Shown here: one piece after another, positions 50,661 to 62,312 of the stretch
Numbering within the stretch: position 1 is the stretch's first letter
Layout: every line of letters starts with the position of its first letter
Source: Eukaryota sp. GEM-RC1
Taxonomy: Eukaryota
Length of the DNA: 64,000 bases
Direction of reading: 5' to 3'
NCBI GenBank assembly: GCA_040285855.1
Contig: JAUFOQ010000010.1
Span: forward strand, 496,001-560,000
Translations under genes and position numbers: made by a program
The notes under the pieces: generated by a model
Database searches by the model: none
Told to the model about the DNA's origin: nothing
The model's input: the letters and a program-made list of their open reading frames with translations, nothing else

Positions 50661-53436
50661 GACGAAAACTATTCTACTCTTGAAACTGCTGAAAGGAATA
50701 TGTTAGATCCCATATTCAGAACAATTGGTAAGTATACTAAAACCAAAAATTGGCATGTTTAGTAAATGACCCGATATTTTCCAATCAGATCCACTGATAC
50801 AAGCATTCGCTGTTGCGGCATATGCTCTGGCTCTGTCATCTCAAAATAACTCAATAACTGAATTCTGGCTGAATTTCTTCGTCACATAAATCCACAACAG
50901 CTTCAGAATTAACACCAGTTGCTTCTTGAAAGGAAGGTACAACGTAGTAATCTCTGATAGTAGTACGTCTTTTACGTGTCATTTTAAGTTCCGAAATAAA
51001 ATGGCACAATTTCTCAATTTCCTGACAAATCAACCAACATTATTTCCCGCAATTATTTTTCGGTCCAACATTTTTCGGAACACGTTAGTACTGACTCTAC
51101 TACAAGTACTGTACCTACTATAGCACTGTAGTTCTATATTGTAGTAGATGCGTTTTGGAATTCTTGTATTGCGGCACTGGTACTGTTATTTGTTGGACTA
51201 ACTCAATGGTATGATCATCACTTTCCAATTTGATCATGTTTTAGATCAGAAAATGGGAGAAAACTTATATTCTCAAATACAAAATCAAGTAATTGAATGT
51301 ATCATTCCTATTTTCCTAATGATTCAATGTGTGGATGATTCTGTATTGTACAATGTCGTTTTGTAAATACAATCAGAATTACGAAAAAGAAAGTAAATTA
51401 TCCAAGAATTGAGAGTTTTCACAAAATTTAACAAATACTATCTGTAAATTGGAATTGGATTTGAACTTAACAGTACCTGTATCTGTCTTTAATTCTGTTA
51501 AAAAAAGTTAGCTTTGGCAACACAGAAATATTCAGATGTTCTTAAACAAGTATTGGAGTTGACAACTGAAAGTGTTAATTTAACGGAAGTCATTGAAAGT
51601 GTTAACACTAAAACACTGAGTTCAGATTTCTATCGTATTAATGATTGTTACAAAAAATCTAATATAAGCCTGCAAAAGTAATATCAGTGTTTCCAGAACT
51701 GATAGGTGGAAAAATTCAATTGATCGAAAAAGTCAAAAAAATTTCCAAACAAATTAGCAATAATGGTATCATTTTCACTCAATTTGGTTAAATGATACAT
51801 TTCTGTACGTTTTCTTCTATAAACTGTTCTATCAGTTAGAAATTAAATGCAAAAATGTTCCAATTATATTTACGAATTCAACTTTCTCACATTGAGTGTC
51901 AGTCTCAATGATAACGCAATTGGATTCTTTTCAATTGGTCATAGCTGTCAAAAATTTCTATGTTATTGTAACTGGACACGCAAGTTTACTTAAATGTATG
52001 ATTTTGACCTTTTATGTCATACTATTGGCTAGAAATTCATTGGTTAATTATCGATTATCTGTATTTTCTTTGCGCTGCTTTGAAGCAGTTTTTAAAGTTG
52101 ATATGTTACAACGAAGTTCATCTTTAGAAGATTACAGCTAAAGAATATACCAAGTATACTATGATAGGACAAGATGAGAAGCATTCACATAATTTGAGGC
52201 TTCTAGAATATTAAAATATTCTTTGTAAACGTCTTCATCAATTGTGAATATGAGTGAAAAAGGAAATGCATGTAAATGGTCTAAATGTTAATTTAACGAT
52301 TCGAAAAGACTGTATTAGAGCGATGGAGACAACCAACAATCCATGAAAACAATAGGTTTATTCGTACACTGTATAATTTGTGCTATCTGAAAATCAGTTT
52401 ATCTTCATGAAACCTTGACACCAAAAGCTCCTCCCCTTTTTTAACCACGTCCTTGAAACTTCCAGACACACCCAAAGTAACAAACGTTTGGTAATGTATC
52501 TATAGAAAGTATAATCAGTCAAACAGTTGCTATTGATTTAATAGAATAACCCCAATTCTTAATCACAAAGAAGGTAACTCATAAGTATACACGTACAAAT
52601 AACAATCGGTCATGTAATGTTTTATTGGTCACGATACAATTTTGAAAAGGCATCAAAGAAATTCTAAGCAGAACTTACAAAATTATACACGATTGCTGCA
52701 GCAAAAGAAATGAAGTTACAAGAAGAATACCATACCAATTACAATTTAGCTTCTTCATTGTGTCAAACTAAGTAGCATTTTTGTTCCAGCTCTTGATATA
52801 TGATTTTCGGAGTCACTCGAAACTGAATTGAAGTACACTTTTGCACAAGAATCAGCAGTAGTAAAGTAACATATATATTTGGGTGCATGGTGTGGTCACC
52901 GCTAGAGGTGGGAATTATTCGAGTATTACTTGAGTACTTGAGTAAAAGTCTTGAGTAGTACTCGAGTAATACTAAAGTAATACTTGAGTATTACTCAATA
53001 ATGATATCGAAATAAATAGTATTTATGTATCATCCAAACTATAACAACTCCAAGAATGCAGGTTCAAAATAGATTGTGCACTTTCGACATTCAAACTAGC
53101 GCGTCTAGGATTAACACTGCACTTGAGAAAAGAGATTCCGTAGCTACAGGAGCAAGTTTAACACTCAGGAAATTTTGGGTAGCTCCACTAAGTACATTGA
53201 AACGATCTGACTCACCTTTCCGGAAACAATTTGAGTCTCACCGAATTCCAAGAATTGGATGATCTTGAAATCCTTGAGTCTCTTTTCCAGAATCTACTGC
53301 TTGTTTCGGTTCTAATTTCATCTCTAGTTATACGTATGTCTTCACTCTCTAGAAAGTAACTATGCAGACTATCCACTGCGAAAATATATGTGACTGAAAA
53401 CACATGGAGTCAGAATCAGCTCTTTTTTTTGCCTTC

Positions 53437-56400
53437 ATGTCTTTAAGAAATTCTGCCAGATTGTCTGGCAGTCTTTCTCTTCTAACCGTGAGTCTTCTGA
53501 CTCTGGTGTTGTGAAGGGTAAGTCCAAATTACCATATCATCTGGCTAAAAAACTGGCAGGTACTTCTTCTTCCTCTATTACTACTCCTCCTCTTGCTGCT
53601 CCTGTTCGGGGGTATGCTCGGCTTTCAAATCGTTTAGTTCGTAAGTCATCTCATTCTTCTGTCTTTGCCTCCAACCAACCTTCTTCAGTTCGTTCTGCTT
53701 CTTCTCCTCTTAAAGCTGTTTCTTCTGTCTTTGATGGAAGTTGTTCTGTCTCTTCTCTTAAGTACTTAGCTCGAAACCCGTCTTTTTTCTTCTTTTTCTT
53801 CATCCAATCAATCTTCTTCTCTTCGTTCTACTTCTCCTCCTTCTAAGGTTGTAACTTCTGTTTTTGATGGAAGTACAGCTATTTTTTCTTCATCCAATCA
53901 ATCTTCTTCTCTTCGTTCTACTTCTCCTCCTTCTAAGGTTGTAACTTCTGTTTTTGATGGAAGTACAGCTATTTTTTCTTCATCCAATCAATCTTCTTCT
54001 CTTCGTTCTATTTCTCCTCCTTCTAAGGTTGTATCTTCTGTTTTTGATGGAAGTACAGCTACTTTTTCTGTTAAATCTTCCTTCTCTATAAGTCCATTAG
54101 TTCAGAATGTTTTGAATGAGGCAATTGCTCCGAATTTTTCTGCTTGTATTCCTTTGGTTGGTCTTACATCGTCAGATAATACTTGTATTTCTCGGCCAGT
54201 TGTTGCTGAATCGATGCATGAGTCTAGTAGAAAGTGTGGTGTGTGCAAACTGGGTGGTCATGATCGACGTAATTGCCCTACTAGGAAGTCTGCTTCAGAT
54301 GATGCCAAGATTGCCGAAGTTGTTTTGTCTGTTGAGTCTAAACAGTCTGTTCTTGATTTCCAAGAGACTGTTTGTGAGCCTAAAATTAATTCATCAATTT
54401 CATTGACCTGTCTTTTTTTGTGCTAAATCTGTTTCTGGGAAAAATAAATCCAATCGTCCACTTCTTGTGTGTTTTGATTGTTCACCTATTGATGTATGTC
54501 GTCCACAATTTAGAATTCCTATCATGATATCTCCAATGGCGGCCGTTAATGTCGGGACTGCTCTTAGAAGTGTGACACAAATTTTACGTGGTGGAATTTG
54601 GAATCCCGCACCTTTTGGCGATATATGTTGTCAATTGTTAAGAAGTCCAATAGAAAAATTAAACCTGTTCTTAAGTCTCAAGTTAGTGATAAGTTTATTG
54701 CTAAAAGATTTCAAAATCTTGTTTTACGAGGTCAGTTTTCTTCTGCTTTGTCCTCCCTTAATCACACACTTCCAGCTGAAGTTTCTGTTGAAACTGTTGA
54801 AAAACTGAAAAAATTACACCCTGTTGAAGAATTTTCAGGCAATCCGGTTTTTGGTGAGCTTTCCATGTCGTACTGGACTAACAAACCTGTTTTAGTTGAT
54901 GAAATTTTACAATTAATTTCGTCATCCCCTTCTGGTCGTGCTGCTGGTCCTTCTGGTATGAGTTTTGATCATTTTAAAATTGCCGTTAATGCTGTTCCTG
55001 AAATTTGTGAAGATCTTGCTGTTTTCTTTAATGAAGTTTTATTAGGCACAAAGAAATTACCTCATGCTCTTTGCTCTTCTAGATTAGTGGCTTTAAGCAA
55101 ACCAAATGGAGGTGTGAGACCAATTGCAGTGGGTGAAACAATTTCTCGTATTTTTTCAACTTTGTGCTTTAGGAGAGTCAGAGATTCCTCTGTTGAATTC
55201 TTTAGACCGTTTCAATTTGCAGTTGGAGTTCCTGATGGTACTACGTGTGCTGCTTTAACCTCTGATTTTCTTTTTCATTCAAATGAGGAAAATGCCATTT
55301 TGAACATTGATTTTAAAAATGCATTTAATTGTGTTTTAAGATCAACTATATCTGACGAACTTTCTAAATTTTTTCCTCAGTTGATTCCCTATTTTAATAT
55401 TTTTTATGGTAAAGCGTCGAATTTAATTTATGACAAGTTTGATATTAAATCAATTAGAGGGGTTAAGCAAGGTGATCCTTTGGGTCCTTTTTTGTTTTGT
55501 CTCGCTCTGCAAAAATTATTTAAAATCTTACAATTAGAATTTCCAACTGTTAAAATTTGTGCTTATGCTGATGATTCTTCGCTGATCGCTCCAGTTGACG
55601 TTCTCAAAAAGTGTTTTTCACGTTTCATCGAACTTTCTTTGAGTATTGGTTTAACAATCAATTTTAATAAGTGTTTTCTTGTTGTTAAGTCTTCGAATGT
55701 TTCTAATCTTGGTTTTTGTAATATTCCTATCATCGATTATTCTACTCAATGTTTTCGTTTCCTTGGCACGTTTTTGGGAAATTATGAGAAAATTCATTCA
55801 GAATTGGAGAGTTCATTAACTACAATTGAAGAAAAACTAAATCAAATATTATCTTTAGATGTGAGCAAACATGTTTCCTTTGCTATGCTTCAGGTCTGTT
55901 TTTCCGGGAAAATTAATCATTTTTTACGTTCATTAGACTATTCCCTTACTGAAACATTTGCCAAGAAATTTAATTCTATTAGAACAAATTTTCTCTCTAA
56001 CTTGGCTGAAATTGATGAGTCTAAGATTCCATTTCATGCTTTTTATTCTTCTGAATTCGCAGGAGTAGGTTTCACCCATGCAAAAATCATTAGAAAATCT
56101 GCTCTTTTAGGAGGTGTTAAGAATTTTATGTTTGAATTTTTGAAACGGTTTCCCTTGGATGGAATCAATCTGTTGAATTCCAGTAATTGCCGTTGGATTC
56201 AATCTGCTAAAGATTTGTTATCATCTTTGTCTCCTGAAATGTGGGAATCTTTGTTCCCTGCTCATTTGAAGGAGACTCCTTTAAAAATATTTCATCTCTA
56301 CCATCTGCTGTATGTAAGCTGCAAAATAAATTGACAAGGAGTTTGAACTCTTGGACTTTAATAATCGTATTAGCTTGGCTAAAACTAATAGTCCCGAGTT

Positions 56401-57202
56401 CGCTGCTTTTTTAATCGATCTTTGTAATAGTGGACCTTCTGGATTTATTTCTCAAATTCCAAAGGTGTATGGATTACATCTATCTGATGAAGCTTGGATG
56501 ATCAATATGCGTCTTCGTTTGGCTATTTGGCCTGCAAATTTATTAAACTATTCAACGTGCTCTTGTGGAGCTAATGGTGTTTTTCGTCATTTAATTAATT
56601 GTCGTTATTTTATTCATCTCCGTGCAGTAATTCATGATGGTGTACGTGATTCTTGTTATTCCATGTTTAAAGCACATGGTTTTCACTCTAAAGTTGAACC
56701 AGTTTTGAATCATCTTTCAGAAAATGAATTTACTGATCAAAAACGAGGGGATCTACATACTCCGTGGCTTAAATCGAGTCAAGCATTAATGGATTTTACT
56801 AGTAGATGTATGTAACAAATCTTGTGTTAGTAGGATATTAGATTCTTCTTTTAATCCATTAACAGCAGCTGAAAAGCTCAAACACACCAAGTATGACTCT
56901 CAAGTAGAAGAATTAAATAGAAACTCATATTCCAAATTTGTGTTTCAACCTTTTGCTGTTTCTCTTTTGGATCTATTAGTCCTGCTGGTGATCAATTTTT
57001 CAAGGATTTCGAAGAATTGTGTAAAGAAAAGAAGCGTAAGTTTAGAATGGCTGAATGGAAAAACCGTATAGTGTTTTCCATATATGGGAATATGCCTTTC
57101 TATTTCTCTAGATTAATTGAGAAATTGTACAAGTTTGGTGTGAAGGTTCATGTAGATAAACGTAATCTTTTACCGGGTGGTGATGAAGTCGTTTGGATTT
57201 AA
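53437..57202 (+). CDS. Retrotransposon polyprotein: Ser-rich repeats, CCHC knuckle, RT, zinc motif, restriction-like endonuclease (frameshifted)
   Basis: CGVCKLGGHDRRNC. RT motifs KPNGGVRPIAVGE, IDFKNAFN, GVKQGDPLGP, AYADD, FLG. RLE CSCG..HLINC..HDGVRD..EP..RGD..MDFT..AEKLK..KY. Confidence 0.88.
53791..54069 (+). repeat. 3 x 90-bp coding tandem repeat
   Basis: CATCCAATCA recurs at 53801, 53891 and 53981 and encodes SSSNQSSSLRSTSPPSKVVTSVFDGSTAIF. A degenerate fourth unit lies upstream. Confidence 0.92.
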
Positions 57203-57584
57203 TCTTAGTATTATTTGTTTGTTTTTACAATTTCATAGTTTGTAGAAAGGTTACCTTATTGGGTGCCGAATAAACATCTCTCTCAGAATCGGCTCTATCG
57301 TCATTACTGCTTTCTGAAGTATTACTCGAGTAATACTCAAGTAATGCTCACTGTTTTAAAAAGTGAGTACGAGTATTACTTGAGTAATACTCAGGATTTA
57401 TTACTCATTACTCTACTTGAGTAATGACTCAGTAGTACTCGAGTAGAGTAATTTCCCACCTCTAGTCACCGCACCTTGATACAATGTGGTCTATTTACCT
57501 ACTGTACATGTACTAGTAGGGTCTTACAATCAGAAAAATTCAGAGTTATTTCCGGAACCGAATTTTCAAATGCCACAATAGCGT

Positions 57585-60500
57585 ATGGGTCATGGCTTTC
57601 GGACGCATGGCAATTATAGCGGTCATGGGACAGTTTTGGGAATGTCCTCTTCAACTACAAAAACTGTATCTACACCTGTTGCTTCTACCATGGACAGTTG
57701 TGACTTACCAAAACTCAATCTTCCAATGCATCAACCTCCACTCAAGAAGAGTCGTTCCTCAGATGATTCTCCTTCAGTTTATGATCATCCATTCCTTCGT
57801 GAATCCTCTTTCAAACATGTCAATTTCCAACAGTCCTTGTTGATACTAATACAGTTTCATTATCTCAACCGTCTCATAAAGTTTCCCCTTCCTTTGGAGA
57901 TATATGGTAAACCCCTCTTAGGTCTGATCAAGGGACTTCTCTCCTTCTTTGAGAGAGTTGGCTTCGTTAGTCAACATTTCTTCGATTCTGCTTTCCCTGC
58001 AGTGAAATTGTTTTTGAAACCAACACATTTGAGGCTAAATCTAATGATCTTGTTCTACTCTCTTCATTCTCCTCTTTCTTCAAAGCAGATATACACTCTG
58101 TGGCCTTGAACATAGTCCCATCTTCAGATGTTGCTGATATAAGTCAGTTCACTTCTAGTGTTACCCAGGTGTTACTTTCATCTACGCTGGATTTTTATCT
58201 TGCAGAATTCGATGCCTCTGAATATGAGTCAGACTCTGAACGTCAATGGGAAGATGATTGTGCCAATTTACACAAAATATTTGATCAGTCGTCGAGGTTC
58301 TTTCTGCCACATGTCAGACGTCTTAATATCGAAATTTATGCCGCTGAACACTCCAAATCTACTTTTTCGACTTTTTGTAAATTGTTCCTAGCTAATTCTA
58401 CTATTGTTCATTTAACTGTTGAAATTTTCTCTATTACTACGCCTCAAGTTGAATGTCTTTCAGACGTGTTTTCTTCAAATAACACCTTAAGACGAGTCAC
58501 ACTGTCTTTTATTGATACTTCTAATAGACTTAAAGATGCAAAAGCTCTACTGCTGATATCAGCTTTGTCAAAAAATTCAAATATTCAAATAATTGATTTA
58601 ACTCATTTTCGAGTTTCAAATTCCAGTGTTCTTTTACCATTGTTGAAGAATTCTAGGCTTAGAAGTATTGCGTATTGTGGTGGTGCATGTATTGATTCAA
58701 CAATACTGAATGATTTTAAACACCATTGTTCTCTTAGGGAAGTGACTTTTTACAATAATTGTTTTGTTCCTGAAATCTCTGAAATTATTAAATTTAACAC
58801 ATGTTTGAAAAAACTTGAACTAAGAAAGTGTTTTGTTGTATTATCAACTCTTTTCACACTCTTCAAAGTAATTCTTCCTTACTAGAATTAGACTTGGCAG
58901 AACAAATTCGATCAGGGTATACCCCGTCCAAGGAAGATGTCCAGTCTTTAATTAAAATGATACAGAACAACAGTACTCTGCTGGTATTGAGACTTAATGT
59001 TTCAAAACTTATTTCATTTGATTTTGAAAGCATTCTGATGACCTTTGAGAGCAATTCGACACTTAAGACGGTTAGCTTTCATTCATTCAATTTAAGTTGT
59101 TTGATATTGTTATTTAAATATCTCTCTGGGAATAATACTCGTTTGTCGTTTGATATTTCCCCTAATTTTATTGACGTTCAAAATGGTGTATTCAGGTTTT
59201 CATCATCCAAACCTACTCAATTAAGTTCTGAAGAAGTTTCATCTTTACAAGTTTTTCTGATAAGTTTTGGTATCAAAGAGCTTATTCTTAGGAAATGTAG
59301 TTTCAGTGGAAAATCAACCACTGTTTTGTGTGATTTAATCAGTTCAAATAATACATTGGCTTCCTGTTCATTTGAAATAAGTTTCATCAAAGAACCTTCA
59401 AACCGATTTCCCAAATATGGATTATTGGGGTCCCGAACTGAAGATTTCTCCATGCTAATTGATGCACTTCGACTGAATCCCAATTTAAAACAAATCAATC
59501 TCAGCAATCGAGAGATGTGTTTTGCGAATCTTTGTATATATTTGAACTGGTTTCAAGCGATAGATGGACAGCAAATATCCAAGTTGCTCCTCATGTTGTT
59601 GATGTTTCTCTTGGGTTAATTTATAGTGCCAATCTAATCACAAATGATGATTTAATTTCAGTTTTGAATGCTCTAAAGTCCAATCTTCCTATTAAACGTG
59701 TTGAATGTCGTGGGCTGAGTCTACCAACTATAGAAGGACTTATTTGTCTATTTGAAATTTTTACCATTAACAAATCATTGATGGATATTAGGGTTGATCC
59801 TTATTTTATTGATTTTGAAAAACAAGTGTTTGGAATTTCACTAACAAAAATGTCTACTGAAGATGTCATTTCTCTACAACAGTTTCTACAGTATTGTGGA
59901 TTTAAGGAGCTTACCCTAAATAATTGTCGTTTTTCCCTTCAAGCATTCACTGTTTTGTGTGATTTAATCAGAGCCAATAAGAACTTGACTTCTGTTGACT
60001 TCACTGACTGTCGTTTTACTGATGACATGATCATGTCCATTACCAGTGCTATTCAATCCAATTGTTCTATAAGAGTGGTTAATCTGAGTAGGAACGACTT
60101 TAGACTTAAGAGTCTTTTAATTATCTTTGATTTGGTTTCAGTTAACAAGTTAACACGTGATATTCAAGTTTCCCCTCACTCCATTGATTTTTCTCGTGGT
60201 ATTATTCGATTTGAGAAACAAATTGAAAACTCTGATTTACATTTGTTATTGGATGTTTTAAAAACAAATGTTCTTATTAAACGTGTTGAATGTGTAGGAT
60301 TGAGAAGTCCAAGTCTACAAGGACTTGTGAATTTATTTGAAATACGTTCTATTAACAAGTCAGTGATTGATCTTAAAGTTGACCCTTTTTTATTGATTTT
60401 GAAAAGTATGTGCTTATGTTTTCACCAGAAGAGGATGTTCTAATATCTTCTCAAGACATCTCTTCCCTGCAACAGTTTCTACAGTATTGTGGGTTTAAGG

Positions 60501-60838
60501 AGCTGACTCTAAATAATTGTCGTTTTTCCATCGAAACATTCACTTTTTTGTGTGATTTAATCAGGTTCAATAATCAGACTTCTGTTGATCTCAGTGACTG
60601 TGATCTAAATGATGAATATTTATCGATATTTGTCAATTTGCTTCAATTTGATTCTTTTTTAAGTCTTAAAATACTTAAGTTTCAGAATAATTTTTTTAGC
60701 AATGATGGGGTAATTACTTTGGCTGAAGCACTAAAACTAAATTCCGTTGTTACTGAGATTAATCTCGGTGGTAACTCAATTGATTCAGATACTAGAGAAC
60801 TTGTCAAAAGAATCTCAAGTGATCGTATTAAGTTTTGA
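57585..60838 (+). CDS. QQSLL-domain plus super-repeat LRR protein (about four frameshifts, no in-frame stop seen)
   Basis: HVNFQQSLLILIQ..RVGFVSQHFFDSAF, super-repeat units, a terminal RI-like repeat and an ISSDRIKF cap. Five overlapping ORFs tile the gene. Confidence 0.8.
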
Positions 60839-61914
60839 TGACGTGATGACACCGAGTTTTCATGTTCTATTCTTTAATGCAGATGATCATTGCTTAATAA
60901 AGTATTTAAAGTATTTATGTACATTTTTGAATGTTACCGTTAAGTCTCAGATTTTAACAAATTGTATTACTTTTTGTGTGGATATCATGTACAGATTAGC
61001 CTTGGTAGACAAATCGTTCAGTAAAGATGCCTTCACCAATGTCCTCTTTGTTGACTTGGTCTGATAAGATGGGGATGTTCTTGACAACGATGATATGTTT
61101 GATGACAGTGACACCATCACTGATCCTTCATACACATAAAAAAATGACGTACTCGTGTTATGGTTCAAAAAGCAGCGTCTCGTTATAGGCAATTTGTGAG
61201 ATGAACATTACGTAATTGAAAACACTATTCAACAACACATCCATTAATGTTGATTCTTTTGTTCACGATTTATTAGTAGCTAAAGATTCAAGATATATAG
61301 TCGAATTGGCATAATGTAAGTTCAACTGTGATTAATGATTTATCCTATATGTGGCTAAAAGCTCAATTTACAGATGGGCAAATCTACTGTCTCAGTGACA
61401 GTGGTTTTGCTACACAATTAGAGACAATTCTGAGTTTTTTTGATAGTGTTACGTGACGGTATTTAAGAAATCCTCATTGCAAGATCGGATGATCTGAATG
61501 TTTTCAGTTGCCAGTTTTCAACAGTGAGTAAGTAAACAGCCTATAATGAGTAATGATGCAAAAATTTGTTGACAATCGTAGTGAACATGTTCGGCTAAGA
61601 ATTATCAACACCTATAAAACTACTGCTAAATGAGATTGAAGACTTGTCTTGTACTGTTTGTCATGACAGGTCATTGTTTCGATAACGGTTGCCCACATTA
61701 ATACTTCTTTTCATCCAGCAACTCATATATGATGCAACCATAAAACTTGTTGAGATATGGTGTTGAGTGTTAAATTTGAATTTGCAAGTTGTAATTATAG
61801 TATTTTACGCAGTTTAACAATATACAATGTGTAGCGTTGATTATCAGGCAAATGACCCGTCATGTTTTATAGAATCTAATATAATATTTGATTGATGTAG
61901 AATTAACACTTTTG

Positions 61915-62020
61915 GTATTTAGACTTTACCGTTGACATATACAACATCTGCCAGAGCTCTGACAACTTCATCTCCAATATAGTTGCTACATAGATTAATA
62001 GTTGTAACTGTGGTGTTGAC
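61915..62020 (-). pseudogene. RI-like LRR 3' fragment
   Basis: VNTTVTTINLCSNYIGDEVVRALADVVYVNGKV. Confidence 0.6.
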
Positions 62021-62312
62021 AAAAAAATTATTCGGTAGGCAATAAGGTAACCTTTCGACAAAACTGAAAAATTGCAAAAACAAACAAACAGTACTAAGAT
62101 TAAATCCAAACGACTTCATCACCACCAGGTATAAGATTAAAGTATTAACTGTTAACATATTGGTTGTAAAAGAAAGAAGATCATTGATCTTGTCTGATCA
62201 ACAGCTCATCATTTGCGTCATTCTTGGATTTCGCAAAACATTAGTGTAAATTTTTACAACAAGATTGTAGATATGTATAACAAAATTGATGTACGTTGTA
62301 CTTTATAAAAGT

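Larger units (their letters stand above)
53424..57282 (+). mobile_element. Near full-length CRE/SLACS-like non-LTR retrotransposon (family A)
   Basis: Bounded by a 14-bp TSD TCAGAATC(A/G)GCTCT at 53410-53423 and 57283-57296. Single RT-RLE reading frame. 3' end AATAAA plus a short TC run. Confidence 0.9.
52903..57464. mobile_element. hAT-like non-autonomous element carrying a retrotransposon insertion
   Basis: TIRs TAGAGGTGGGAA / TTCCCACCTCTA. 8-bp TSD GTCACCGC at 52895-52902 and 57465-57472. GAGTA/TACTC subterminal repeats at both ends. Confidence 0.92.

Noticed and set aside
50700..52890. Possible decayed transposase or gene
   Set aside because: No motif I could support in any frame.
54598..56334. 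RT as a diversity-generating retroelement, retron or group II intron acting on the LRR/kinase repeats
   Set aside because: It has a non-LTR RT-RLE layout with a TSD and 5'-truncated copies. I saw no template/variable repeat pair with adenine-specific differences.
61625..61710. RING-like start DLSCTVCHD..RLPTLI
   Set aside because: Too short and broken to call; at most a relic of the RING-kinase family.
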